DNA of 64,000 nt, from contig OX597818.1 in NCBI GenBank assembly GCA_951406725.2, positions 40,858,001 through 40,922,000 of the forward strand, written 5' to 3'. Positions 28,427 through 42,758 of this stretch are shown here, one piece after another. The position numbers were made by a program, and so were the translations under genes. The notes under the pieces were generated by a model. That model was not told the DNA's origin and did no database searches. It was given only the letters and a program-made list of their open reading frames with translations. The DNA is from Octopus vulgaris (Eukaryota). Position 1 is the stretch's first letter, and each line of letters begins with the position of its first letter.

Positions 28427-28588
28427 GGCGCAGGAGTGGCTGTGTGGTAAGTAGCTTGCTAACCAACCACATGGTTCCGGGTTCAGTCCCACTGCGTGGC
28501 ATCTTGGGCAAGTGTCTTCTGCTATAGCCCCGGGCCGACCAATGCCTTGTGAGTGGATTTGGTAGACGGAAACTGAAAGAAGCCTGCC

Positions 28589-28673
<85 letters not shown>

Positions 28674-28892
28674 TGTGTTTGTGTATCTGTGTTTGTTCCC
28701 CTAGCATTGCTTGGCAACCGATGCTGGTGTGTTTACGTCCTCGTCACTTAGCGGTTCGGCAAAAAGAGACCGATAGAATAAGTACTGGGTTTACAAAAGA
28801 ATAAGTCCCGGGGTCGATTTGCTCGACTAAAGGCGGTGCTCCAGCATGGCCGCAGTCAAATGACTGAAACAAGTAAAAGTAAAAGTAAAGTA
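28427..28892 (+). mobile_element. SINE family A, full-length reference copy
   Basis: A box tggctgtgtgg, B box ggttcagtcc, CORE-like cttgggcaagtgtctt, internal (AT)n(GT)n, 3' end gtcaaatgactgaaacaagtaaaagtaaaag. Confidence 0.93.
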
Positions 28893-29246
28893 TACACGTA
28901 ACAAAATGCGTGCATGTTCAAAATACACAGTACATGCACAGAAAATGCCCACGAGTACAAAATACATGGCACATGCACAACACACGATGTACACACGCGC
29001 AAAACATTATATATGCATACATAGAGATAAACGCACACGTACATGCACGCACACTCTCTCACAAACATACATGCATACACATAGATAAACGCATAGCAAA
29101 ATGCGTGTTAATAAAAAAATGCACAGTGCACACACACAATAAATGCACGCGAACACAAAATGCATGGCATATGCACAACACAGGATGTACACACACGCAA
29201 AACAACAGATATGCACACATAGATATAAACGCACATATACATGCAC

Positions 29247-29277
<31 letters not shown>

Positions 29278-29527
29278 TCACACACATGCACACTCACTCG
29301 CACACACACACACACATACGTATACGTACATGTGCACACACCGCATGCCAAAGCAAAATGCACGCGAACGTGAAATATGAAAATTACGGAGTCAAGAAAA
29401 TATACATTCGCGCACACTACAGCCTTAAGTTAGTCGGGACTACGAGAAGTTATGTGGATGCTCGATCTGCTAAAAATGACAGTCAAAGCTGCCTCAAATA
29501 AAACCCTACCGTCTTAGAAGATGGTAG

Positions 29528-29667
29528 GTTGACTTTGCCTTTCATCCTTTCGGGGTCGATAAATTAAGTACCCGTTACGCACTGGGGTCGATGTAATCGA
29601 CTTAATACCTATGTCTGTCCTTGTTTGTCCCCTCTATGTTTAGCTCCTTGTGGGTAATAAAGAAATA
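29528..29667 (+). mobile_element. SINE family B 3' half
   Basis: gactttgcctttcatcctttcggggtcgataaattaagtacc ... tttagctccttgtgggtaataaagaaata. Confidence 0.88.
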
Positions 29668-29865
29668 GGTAGTTGTAGCCCGAAAAGTACATAATTTCAG
29701 AAGGATAATGGTTTGGTCGTGGCTGTATGGTTAAGAATATCGCTTTAAAACCATATGGTTTTGGGTTCAGTCCCACTGCGCGACATCATTCGTAAGAGTC
29801 TTTTACTACTAGCCTCAAGTCAAGCAATGTGAATTTGATAGATGGAAAATGTGCAGAAGCCCTTC

Positions 29866-29912
<47 letters not shown>

Positions 29913-30070
29913 GAGAGAGAGAGAGAGAGAAACATTTATACAAATATATAAATATGTATATATGTATATATTATATACATATATACATATATGTGTCTTT
30001 GTGTGTGTAGATGCGTGTGTGTGTGTGTGTATGTATGCATGTATGCATGTATATACATACATACATACAT

Positions 30071-30175
<105 letters not shown>

Positions 30176-30466
30176 GGCGTGACTATGTGGTAAGAAGCTT
30201 GCTTCCCAACCACATGGCTCCGAGTTCGGTTCCACTGCATGGCACTTTGGGCAGATGTCTACTACCATAGGGCTCGGGCCGACCAGAGAGCCTTGTGAGT
30301 GGATTTGCTGCACGGAAACTGGAAGAAGCCCGTCGTACATATATGTACATCTATGTGTGTGTGTCTTTTTGTATATGTTTATCGCTCACCACAGCTTGAT
30401 AGCTAATGTTTACGTCTCCGTGACCTAGCGGTTCAGCAAAATTGACCGTTAGACTAAGTACCAGGC
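30176..30466 (+). mobile_element. SINE family A copy (a further degenerate head at 29715-29865)
   Basis: gtggtaagaagcttgcttcccaaccacatgg ... ccttgtgagtggatttg ... tagcggttcagcaaa. Confidence 0.8.
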
Positions 30467-32214
30467 TGTGTGTATGTATGTGTGTGTGTGTGTCTGTCTG
30501 TCTGTGTGTGCGTGTAAGAGTATATGCATGTGTGTTAGTGCCTGTATATGTATTCACAATGAAAAAACACGTTCTGGGAGAAGGATTTCCTGTGGGTTAG
30601 TACAGAAACTTGTTTAGCTACGTTTCATCTCACATAAGTTATATCACTCGAGTAAGGCATGAAGGTTATATAATACCACATCGTCTTTGCTATAATAACC
30701 CTCCTCCACCTCCTCTTCCTCCTACCTCCTTCTTTGTATTCATCGTCCTCCGCTCACTTCCTCTCTTTCTTCTACATGTTCTTCCTTCTACATGTAGGCT
30801 GGTTGGGATTGTCCCTATGAAAGAAATCAATATCAGCCTTGAACACTGTCTGCTACAGCATGTAGGAAAGCAATTTTACACACTTACACAAGCTCAGGGC
30901 ATCTTCTCTGAGTGATAGCATGATCTGCGCGAAATAGCAACTAAATCTCAATTGATTCGTATCTTACTGCTATTTGTCGCAAACAAAGAAAGTGGGAGCC
31001 TTATTTTCTTCAACTAAGAAATACACCCTGATTAATATAGTCGTATATATATATATATATATACACGCGCGCACACACGCACATACACACACACTTAAAC
31101 ACATACACATATGCATATGTACATATATATATATATATATACACACATATATATATACATATGTATATATATATACATATACACACATATGTCTATATAT
31201 ATATATAGATATGTCTATATATATATGTCTATATATATAGAGAGATAGATAGATAGATAGATATACACACAAATATATACATATATCTATCTATCTATAT
31301 ATCAATATATATATATCAATATATATATATATGCTCTTTTAATTGTTTCAGTCATTTGACTGTGGCTCGGCAAATCAATACTGTGTACAAAATTAACCGA
31401 TTTTCACTGGTTCCGGGCATCCTGCAACTCTGTGTATGTATTTAAGGAATAATTGATACATTATATGCGGTTTAATATTTCGTAAGCAAAAACGGATACG
31501 AACAAATATTTCAAACATCACTATACGGATTTCAATACCGATGTTTATCCCAAATACGAGTCCAGGTTACATTTTGTAAATGTGTATCCTTACACAACCA
31601 CTCATTTCTTCAGATGATATTCAGCAGGATATTTTCCAAGCGATACCTCGCCAAATGTTCTGGTATTTTGGCAAAATGTTTGGTTGGGTATCTCCTGGAA
31701 AACAATCGGCAAAAAAATCACCTGAAAAAATGGGTGGTTATATAATAATACACGTTCACATAGTGTTGCCTAATAAGTTCTGCGATGGACTTGTATTTGG
31801 AATAAACCGCGCTACTGAAACAAGTGTAGTGTTGCTTTGCAGTATTCATTCGCTTTCATTTGTGTGTGTGTGTGTGTACACTCACACATACATACACACA
31901 CACATTTAAACAATAACAACAAATCCAACTCTTTATGTCAGACATTCACAACTCTCCGTACCAACATTACCGCCTTTCCTCCGCCTTCATTAACACATCG
32001 TCATTTATTTAAAACACATCTTAGCATTTTAAAACTGGTAACACGTTCACAACCCTGAGGTATCAGGTGTCTGTTTGATCAAAGCCGATTTGACGGTGGT
32101 CGGTAAGTCAGCCGGGACACGTTTGTGCAATTAGCAAGAAATAACAGCCAAATCTCTCTCAAATTACACTTCAGTTTCTCTAACAAAAAAAAAAATGTAA
32201 GGGTTCATACACTA

Positions 32215-32430
32215 CAAGGGGGTCCTGAAAAGTTCCTGGCTTTGGGTAAAAGAAAATACAGGAGGATTAGCTAATTCTGCTATTCAGCATATTCCCTTCT
32301 CATATTTACAAACTTATTGTAGCGGTCCTTCAGTTTTTCTAAGCTCTGTATAAGAACTTGGAAGGTTGGGCCTCAAACTAAGCCTTTCGCGATATCCTTA
32401 AAATCAAGAATTTATGGGGGAACTCCTCGA
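32215..32430. mobile_element. mariner-type MITE, same family as 19118-19340, nested in a family E repeat
   Basis: ggggtcctgaaaagttcctggcttt TIR; interior is the reverse complement of 19150-19310; family E sequence continues on both sides. Confidence 0.7.
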
Positions 32431-33128
32431 ATATAATTTAGCCATGGATATATACATAAGAGAGGCAAGATAGTCACGGCTGAAACGCCATTGACCATCG
32501 TTCAGCTCGTCCAAAGTTTACTTGGAGGGGGGGGTGATCACAATAACAGCAGTAGCAATCTCAACCATCACCATCACCGTAACAACAACCACAACAACGT
32601 ATCCAGGCCTTGTGTGAAACTTGTGAACAATAAATTGCTGAACACTTTTGAGAAACGTTCTGTACGATACTTCACATTCTACTTACTTCTGCCATTCTAG
32701 TCAATGGAGGAATAAATAAATTGGCGCATGCGCAGCAGTGCAGTTAAGAAATTCGCTTCGCAACTATATGGTTTTTGGTTCAGCCACATTTGTCTGATAC
32801 CTCTCAAGTATACGTACATATGACTTGTACACTGACTCCAAGCTTATCACAGCTCTGTGAGTGAAACTGAGAGTCGGAAACCACGAGGAAACCCGTCGTA
32901 TGTGTGCGCGTATGTGCGTCTGGTGTGTGTGTGTTTGTGTGTGATTTGTGTTTATACTGGTACCGCTTGGCAACCGTTGTTGGTTTATTTGCATTCTCGT
33001 AACATAGCAGTACTGCAAAAAAGGGAATAAATACTATACTTAAAATAAATGCTAGGGTCGATTTGTTCTACTAAATAATTCGAGGCGTGACGTAGCATGA
33101 CCACCGTCCAATCACTGAATAAACGAAT

Positions 33129-33178
<50 letters not shown>

Positions 33179-33521
33179 AATAAATCACATATGTACCTGC
33201 TTTATATACAAGTATCCTTAAGACAATTAGGAACATTATTATTACAAATATTTCAATTGCCAATAACTGTATGGCTAAGAAGTCGTTGTTATTTTTATAT
33301 ATTTAAATATTTTTTACTGAGGTAGCATCAGTTAAAACACAGGTTTTATACTACAATGATTAAAGAAGACCAGTTACCTATTTCCCCTTTCACTACCACC
33401 ATCATCGCCACCATGAAGCAAAATAATTGCTCTCGTTGTTATGCTGGCTTCTTATAAGATTAACAGTTAATCTTTTCCTCGGAGAGGGAAGTTAAAGAAA
33501 ATGAAATAATTATATTTAATA

Positions 33522-33882
33522 AACAAGAGCACTCAGAAAGCGCAAACCTCCACCAAGGCAACACCAACGTCCTCTCAGCAATTAGCCAGAGAGGACTTTT
33601 AAAACGAGAATATCTGAAATAAACTCGACTGCTCTCACGAAAATACTAGTAATGAACCCGGCCACTCTCAAAATTTAAGTAAAAAACACAGGAAAAATAA
33701 TTCCGAATCCTTGTCCGGGACCGGGTCGATCCCTAAATCTAAGCAGTTCGTGCCAGTCCCGAGACCTCACATCCCTGAAAATTTCATCCGAATCCATCCA
33801 GCGGTTCTTGAGATATCTTGTCCACGAACAAACAAACACGACTAGAAACAATACCTCCGCCTTAGCGAAGACGGACGTAATA
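33522..33882 (+). mobile_element. Helentron/DINE-like non-autonomous element
   Basis: Begins aacaagagcac in an A/T-rich site; 5' subterminal acctccaccaagg; 3' hairpin acctccgcc-ttagcgaa-gacggacgt followed by aataaa. No TIR or TSD. Confidence 0.55.
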
Positions 33883-34049
33883 AAGCTATATCTTTAGCGA
33901 TTGTTTGATGGGGCTGAGCGACACTTCTATACTCATGTACTGGTCGTTATTCTTTTTCAATTACTTATGAGAGGATTGCCGAGCATAAGACTATCTCAAA
34001 ACGAGTCGAAAGCCTCGATTCAGATCGTTTTCGGTTTGAAACAGCCATT

Positions 34050-34454
34050 TTACTTACTCTTTTACTTGTTTCAGTCATTTGACTGTGGCTATGCTGGAGC
34101 ACCGCCTTGAGTCGAGCAAATCGAACCCAGGACTTATTCTTTGTAAGCCTAATACTTATTTCATTGGTTCTATTGCCGAACCGCTAAGTGACGGGGATGT
34201 AAACACACCAGCATCGGTTGTCAAGCAAAGTTGGGGGTACAAACACAGACGCGCAAACTTATACATACACACATATATATATATACATATATGACGGGTT
34301 TCTTTCAGTTTCCGTCTACCAAATCCACTCACAAGGCTTTGGTCGGCCTGAGGCTATAGTAGAAGACACTTGCCCAAGGTGCCATGCAGTGGGACTGAAC
34401 CCGGAACCATGTGACTGGTAAGCAAGCTACATACCACACAGCCACTCCTACGCC
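34050..34454 (-). mobile_element. SINE family A, full length
   Basis: Reverse complement of 28427-28892 over its whole length. Confidence 0.92.
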
Positions 34455-35249
34455 TATATCTGCAGCATTAATAAACTTGAGAAATGCATAAACATCACAA
34501 CGTCTTTCTTATTCCAATAAGATAACCATAACGCTTGTTCCTACGTAAGGCATGACCTAATCAAGGAATAGTCTCTTTGTTTTGTTTTTTGTTATTTTGT
34601 CGTTATTTTTTCTATTTTCGTGCAAATACTTGAAGTAGGATCTTATACATCGAGTTTACATCTCTGAATCCCCGAGTCTACTTGATTCCTGATCCTCTTA
34701 TAGAAGATCTAAATACATGCACATCTATAATACATCTGTTTCATACATATGGAGCCGCAACCGTCTTTTCCCAGAGGATTTTGTCGTTCATATTGCTCAT
34801 GTCAACGGAACGCGTGGGATGTGATATTTGTGCTGTTAGTATAAGCCCTTGTGCAGCCTCATGCATTTACTGCACTGCTTGGCTTGGAAATTAGCTTAAA
34901 CATCAGAGAAGAAGTAGCGGGTGTGTGCTGAAGTTGTAAGATGACAAGTGTGCAGCTACATCAGAAGAAAACACGCATGTCACGTCACATTAGCGCTACG
35001 TCATAGAGAGAGATTGTCAGTTGTGTGGGAGTAGACATTGAATAAGATGTATTACATAAAGAAATTAGAACAGTTAAGGGGGAAGGGAAGGATTTATAAG
35101 CACTAATGAAAGGAATACACAACTAGATGTTTTTCAATACCTTTGGTTAGTATTTTGCCATTTTCGCTTAACAGACTACCGAGGTAAACATTGCAACTAC
35201 ACCACTCATAGATCAATAGAAAATGTAATTACATTTCTTTTTGTCTTTC

Positions 35250-35410
35250 ATCTTTTACTTGTTTCAGTCATGTGACTCTGGCCATGCAGGAGCACCGCCT
35301 TCAGTCGAACAAATCGACCCCAGGACTTATTCTTTGTAAGCCTAGTTAGTACTTATCGGCCTCTTTGGCCGAACCGCTAGCTTAGGGGAACGTAAACACA
35401 CCAACATCGG
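35250..35410 (-). mobile_element. SINE family A 3' half
   Basis: tcttttacttgtttcagtca...gagcaccgcc...aggacttattctttgtaagcctag. Confidence 0.85.
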
Positions 35411-35459
35411 GAACACAAAACAGACACACACACATACACACACATACTTACCTACATAC

Positions 35460-35534
<75 letters not shown>

Positions 35535-35536
35535 AA

Positions 35537-35687
35537 GGCGGTGAGCAGGCAGAAACGTTAGCACGCCGGGCGAAATGCTTTGCGGTATTTCGTCTGCCGC
35601 TACGTTCTGAGTTCAAATTCCGTCGAGGTCGACTTTGCCTTTCATCCTTTCGGGGTCAATAAATTAAGTACCAGTTACGCACTGGGG
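35537..35687 (+). mobile_element. SINE family B 5' part
   Basis: ggcggtgagcaggcagaaacgttagcacgccgggcg...gagttcaaattcc...ttacgcactgggg. Confidence 0.88.
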
Positions 35688-35916
35688 TAATTTCCAACAC
35701 ACATACTTACATAAATGCGCGCGTACACACACACATACATACATATACTCATACATATATGCATACATAGCAACATGTATACATTGAATTCGTGGTTTCA
35801 GTTTACTAATCATCCTTAGACACTAAGATGACGGCTAGTAAACCGTTTCTATGAATGCATGTGTAAGCATATGTACACATAGACACACACGCGCGCGCAC
35901 ACACTCACACACACAT

Positions 35917-35951
<35 letters not shown>

Positions 35952-37299
35952 CAGGCTGGGGCAAATTTTCGTCTCCCTCTGATATTTATTCTACTTTTAA
36001 GGTAGCACATCCATAATAGATGTTATTTAAGAATAAAATCCACAGTAACTGACCAATCGGCAATGTGTATACATTAAGTATGATACAAAGATAGCTTTGA
36101 GAGTGTGTGTGTGTTTACATATATCTGATGGGTTTCTTCTTTACAACTGGACGTTTCATGCAAGGGAGTTGCACCTACGATCAGCTGTGTTTGCAACGTA
36201 TCAACTAGGCCATTTTTCATTGGTCAAAATGGATTTAGATGTTCGAATATGTACACAATTAGGAATAATGTTTGCTGTTGTGCTATGATATAAGACCTGT
36301 AAGCATCAATACTTAGAGAAACTACACGCGTACAGTGAAGGAGAATAGAAAACGGGCGTACAGCGTCATTTAATCCATTGTACAATTTAGATGTTACCAC
36401 TAATATACAACCAGGCGCATTCCATAGCTTGCAAGATATTTCCACATTTCCAAACAATAGACAAGCACCATAAGTTCGCTAACATCCACAACTTTATGGT
36501 CAGCAATTCTTGGCCAGACAATATCAGATTCAAATAAAACGCAATTGCAGAAAACGTACCACTACGCAGCCTGAAGATAATAACCAATTTATAACTGCCG
36601 AAACCCATCTGCTAGACCACTCTTGGAATGCTGCCTTTCTGTGTACGTGAAATAAGCATCGAACACATTCATGGACGATAAGGAAAAGAACTATGTGAGG
36701 CTTAGTGCAAATAATTTCAAAACATATTATTACCTTCATTTGTACTCATTTACGTCAAGCGATAGGGTAACCTCTATACATTTATTTATATCCAAAATTC
36801 AGAAACAAAGGAAGAGATTTATTCTTTCATAGATTGGACCACCGGTCGACTGATATCAAAGTCGCGAGAGACACCACTAAACTGAAGGTTGGAAATATTG
36901 TTTAATTGTCATAATATGAGGGAAATTCTCCTGGATAGCTACTGCTTGAGAGCCCCCTTGCCAGATGATTCAAGTTCACAACCATCATTATGATATGCAT
37001 TGTGTTATAGTCGGCAGTTTACAAATACAACATGTCTGGAGCAACTGATTTTGCTTACACCATAGGAGTTCATATAGACAGATACATAGATAGGTAGATA
37101 GATAGATATATAGGCAGACAGACGGATGGATAGACGGACGGACGGATGAATAGCTAAATGTACATACACTAATCTTTCTTTTTTTAGGCTAATAGTAATT
37201 TCCATTAAACTGAAGGATTACATAATACTTTTTGTAGAGTATAAATTTATTACTTTTTAACAAGTTTCGGCCAGCTAAGTATATGTATGTGTGCATAAT

Positions 37300-37335
<36 letters not shown>

Positions 37336-38226
37336 TGGTGAATGGATGAATATTGATCAATCACAGTCTTGCAAACTGACGAAAATATGACTTGCCGAAG
37401 AGGCTTAAATAAGAGGAATATATGATCTTTGCTTTGATCATACAGCTTTGATTGCAACAACTGCGTCTAGCTCAATAATTTCAATTGTCAGATTTCATTG
37501 CAGTTATGGGCCTTGATTTTAGATACTAATCTCCTCTATAGGGGGTCTTTGCTTACTATTTGTATGAATAATCAGGGTAACTGGAAGTTTTTCATACGTG
37601 GTAGCATGCTGTATTTGTATTTAATATACAGACCGCTCCCTGGGGCGCTGTCGCTCAGTCATATATTTACGCGTAGGTATACATATACATACATACCAAC
37701 ATACGTACATACATACATACATACATACATACATACATACATACATACATACTTAAATACATACATATATACATACATATGCATAAGCATGCGTATGGAT
37801 ACTTTTATATATATTTAGGTATGTATACGTCTGTGCGAGAGAATAATTATATTAATGCCCTATGTATACGTGTGTATGTATGTATATATATCGACATGTG
37901 TATACATGTGCAATCAGTGCACTTCGTTGCTCGCGTAAACAGCCAGCAGTATGTATACGCGTTTCTGACTTCATATACTCCGCAGTGTATTTCCTGTGAT
38001 ATAAATGCCATCAATTATTACAGCAGAACTGAATACATCTGATTAATGATGGCACAGATGTGCTCAAGTAAAGATTTTATTGTATGTACATATGTATGCA
38101 CGTGCGCGTGTCTTCATGCGTGTACATCGACACACAGACACACGCAGACACACACACAACAACGCGTTCAAACACACACACATATGCGCGTGTGTGTATA
38201 TCTACACACACACACACATATATATA

Positions 38227-38296
<70 letters not shown>

Positions 38297-38680
38297 GATA
38301 TAGACATACATACATATTTGGTTGTCTGCATTCTGCTTTTTTTCTTTATTCATTTTAGTTATGTTGTGTTTTTGTTGCTTTCGTTGGTACTGGGGGTTTT
38401 TTTCTTGTTTTTTTTTCCTTTTTTCTTTTTGCGTTCCTGTATCTATTTCGAGGTCATGAATATTTTTCTAATTCCTGTACTGTGACATATTCATAAATAA
38501 TTGTGCATTTACATACATATTCTTGCTTCCATACACTCATAGTCAGACACACAAATGTATATGTATATGTATGTATGTATGTATACATATATACATACAT
38601 ATATATACATCCATACATGCATACATACATATAGATGTATGTATGTATATATATATATATATTTGTGTGTCTGACTATGA

Positions 38681-38716
<36 letters not shown>

Positions 38717-38952
38717 AATATGAGGGGTTTAGTTCACTGGTGATCTAAACGAATAGGTTCGCTGGGTAAGTGCTATAATTGGTCATCCGTTAGGTTCCAA
38801 GTTCATAGCTGAAGCTGGAGCTAGGGATCCGTGTTAGGCTTCCGTGTAAGCAGGTATATATTATATTAGGTGGGGAAAGGCCAAAAAAATCCAAGGCAGG
38901 ACAGATATCTCAAGTCATTTAGGATATTAAATTAGGGTGAGGTGAATTTAAA

Positions 38953-39028
38953 GTCTTATAGCTGTTTCTGGGATATCTCAAGTGATAGACTTGCATGTCC
39001 GTTTGCGGGGTATACCGTCATCAGAGAC
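38953..39028 (-). ncRNA. Hammerhead ribozyme motif (type I, long stem II) in a retroelement-like tail
   Basis: Minus strand: GUCU-CUGAUGA-[cgguauacc...gauauccca]-GAAA-CAGCUA-UA-AGAC. Stem I GUCU/AGAC perfect, near-palindromic stem III ACAGCUAU, stem II partly decayed. Confidence 0.65.
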
Positions 39029-39194
39029 AAGGTGATTATATATATAAGTTCTAGACAGGGAAATTCACAGTCTATAAGGAATAAAATAATGAATGAAATA
39101 GAAGATGGAAGAATAAAGAGTAAAGCAGTAGAAGAATACAGACAGGAAAATAAAGTTCACTGCTCGAACATACAGCCATATATTCTTTTCTACA

Positions 39195-39401
39195 CTAGGC
39201 TCAAAGCCCGAAATTTTCGGAGAGGGGGCAAATCGATTAAATCGATCCCCAGTACGCAACTGATACTTAATTTATCGACGACCCCGAAAGGATGAAAAGC
39301 AAAGATGACCTCGGCGGAATTTGAACTCAGATCGTAAAGACAGACGAAATACGGATAGGCATTTCTCCCAGCGTGCTAACGTTTCTGCCAGCTCATCGCC
39401 T
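39195..39401 (-). mobile_element. SINE family B (alternative tail)
   Basis: ccccgaaaggatgaaa.gcaaag..gacctcggcggaatttgaactcag...acgtttctgccagctc. Confidence 0.85.
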
Positions 39402-39731
39402 TACACATGCACGGGTATATCATCATACAACATGAGTAAAAATCAAAATTTCCGTCTGTTAATTTATAGAAAGAAAATAATATGTACAGGTTAAAGAACT
39501 CAATACTGAATGTAGTTTCAAATTTCTGGCAAACGAAGGAATTGACTCTTAATTCTTTAAGGGTGTAATTAGTCCATCTTATTTAGGAGTATCACTTTCT
39601 CAACATCTAAAACAAGCCATTTTAAACAGCTTGAAAACAGCCAAGTGCCTGAATATTTCGAGGTGCTCCCCCCACCACCACCACCAGTACTCAATGGGTG
39701 TTCTGGTTACTATTCATATCAATACTGAATG

Positions 39732-39762
<31 letters not shown>

Positions 39763-39810
39763 TTCATACATACATATATACATAATTACATATATACGTA
39801 CATACATACA

Positions 39811-39871
<61 letters not shown>

Positions 39872-39890
39872 GTGTATGTATATATATATG

Positions 39891-39934
<44 letters not shown>

Positions 39935-40171
39935 TTTGTGTTTATGCTAAGTTTGTCCCCTCCCCCCACTATTTATGTACCCGTAACTTAAGGGTTCGAC
40001 AAAAGAGACCGATAAAATAAGTACTAGGCTTACAAAGAATAAGTCCTAGGATCGATTTCTTCGACTAAAAAATCCTTTAAGGCTGTACCCTAGCATCACC
40101 GCAGTCAAATGAGTGAAACAAATAAAAGAAAACAAGAAAAGAATATATATATCCCAAAAAGGATGAAAGGG

Positions 40172-40208
<37 letters not shown>

Positions 40209-40750
40209 TTATATACTGATACATATATACATACATACACACATATATACATACATATATATACATATATACATACACACACACGCATATTTGTGCTCGA
40301 GACAGAGGACAAAGGTAGAGAAAGAGAGAGGTCACATCATTGTTACCGTCACGCTATATTTCATTATTTCAATATGAAGCTCGTTATCCTGTTTCCTCTC
40401 ACACCTTCTTCCCTCCTACTCCGTGTTCACATTCAACCTCTTAGTCAACAAACCATCCCACCTGCTTTATTATTAAACGGTAACACCTATCATGAATAAA
40501 TTATGGAATAATCGAATAAACGAATGAATTAACGGAATAAAGATACTTCAATGACGTCCTTGAAAATGCGAAAACCCGGCCGAGTCGTGACCTTGAGAAA
40601 TTTTTTTGTTTCTTTTTTTTTTTTATCAAGGTCTCCAAAGAAGGCAAAGGACATTATATTATGATTTGTTTATCGATTAGATGTGTTGAGATAATTTAGA
40701 AACATCATTTTGTTCTACTCACACCCACATATCGAACTCATACCGACAAT

Positions 40751-40781
<31 letters not shown>

Positions 40782-40803
40782 ACACACACACAATCACACA
40801 CAA

Positions 40804-40842
<39 letters not shown>

Positions 40843-41601
40843 TAGATGCATATATATGCACCTAGAGCAACAACCACACATGCTGATACACTTACAGACG
40901 CATCTATTTTTTGTTTTTTTTATCTTATCATGTGGTTGTTAAGCAAGCTACTTACCACACAGCCACTCCTGCAACAAACACCCTTATATACGCACTATTA
41001 TTGATGGTTTACATGGGTACACTATTTTACTATCTATTTATTAAATTTATTGAGTTCAAATTCCTTCGAGGTTCACTTTAGCTCTCGTCCTTTCGAGGTG
41101 GGGGGGGCGAAAAAATAAGTACCAGTTGAGCGCTGGGGTCGATGTAATCGACTTACACCACTCCATTACATCACTCCCAGAAAATTGCCGGCCTTGTGCT
41201 AAAATTTGAAACCTTTATTTGCAGTTTTTATACGCCTTTGCTAAAGACGTTCAATTCATACTTTCACTTCTATTTCTTTGTAGAATATATACTTTATTTT
41301 TATTTAAATGTGTACGTCGGATGAAGAAAATAATAAGGGAGTGTCTGTAACACATTGCCAAGTAAATATTTCGTAGTATTATTACAGTTTATTAGTTTAT
41401 TACATCAATACTTATAATATCCTTCGCCGGAAGATATAATAAGCACATATAGACATACACACGTGCACACAGTTATACACCCACATATGTACGCGTGTGT
41501 ACATAAGTGTGCGTGTGTACATAAGTGTGCGTGTATTTGTGCGTGAGTGTATGTATCACTATATACATTCATACATATACACACATATGTGCATGTGTGT
41601 G

Positions 41602-41637
<36 letters not shown>

Positions 41638-42434
41638 AAAATTTAGATTCAAATGAATATGGTACTTAATTTAGAAGCACCAGAATTCTGTATGGTGTTA
41701 TCCATAAAAATACGTGGGGTGATTATAATCAAAATGAGTCATTCTTGTTGCTTATTTTGAGTATATATATGTATGTATACACACACACACACACACACAC
41801 ACACGAGACCACATTTCTTTTTAGACTTGCATAGAAAATTTGACTGTGTTCCAGTTTTGTCTCTTTTCTCAGTTTATTTATTTCATATTAATTTGTAGTT
41901 ACTTTTAGAACAGCAAAGTCTCAAAATCCTACTTCAATATTTCTAGTCTCATCTTCATAATGAAGTGATATTGGCGAATGTTGCTTTCTCTTTACAATCG
42001 ATAAGGATAATTTTGGTTGATATAAACACTACCGCTGGAATCCAAATTTTGACAGAATTGTACGCCATTAGTCCAATGTTTATTTGTGTTTGTAATTGTG
42101 GTATATTGTGTGTCGTGTGATGATATTAGCATTACGATGTGTTCATATACTCATCATTAATCTTCTAGTTTTGTGGGGCATATAGATGTGTTGTTTTCCT
42201 ATCTAGTTTTGTATTGTGCTCTGTGGTCCATTGTAGTAAGTCCTTCATGTAGGGGAAAGTTAACCGAAAGACGAATGTCATGATGGCAAGACAAAACTCC
42301 GATGACGAATAAGAAAACTGTAGGCTTCACTGCTCCAAATGTTATACTAGCCATATATGTCATACAATTTCAAGAGATTGAGTGTATTGTAGCTGTTTAT
42401 ATTTCAACATGTGGTTTCTGTCTATCTATCTATC

Positions 42435-42632
42435 TTTTCGTAGGATTTTCTTTCCACAGATAAACCTCCTCATTTCGACATTTTTTTGCATATATCCCCA
42501 ACGATTTCGATCCATTTTGATCGCTGTCCCTATTTTTGTTCTTTTTTACTTTTTTTTCGCCCCCTCGAAAAGAAAAACTCTACATTGATATTATCTCCTC
42601 TGTGTCTAGCCCTGTGTGGCCAATAAAGAAAT
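42435..42632 (+). mobile_element. Second 3'-UTR copy of the Tx1-like LINE, in (TATC)n
   Basis: ttttcgtagg..ttctttccac...taaacctc ... aaaagaaaa.ctctac.ttg ... ctgtgt..agccctgtgtggc.aataaagaaa matches 26314-26606; TATC repeats on both flanks. Confidence 0.85.
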
Positions 42633-42673
42633 TTATCTATCTATCTGTCTATCTATCTATCTATCTATCTATA

Positions 42674-42758
<85 letters not shown>

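Noticed and set aside
35950-36700. Possible decayed Tc1 transposase (TT..ED..I-like patch near 36560)
   Set aside because: Too degenerate; no matching TIR pair or DDE motifs found by eye.
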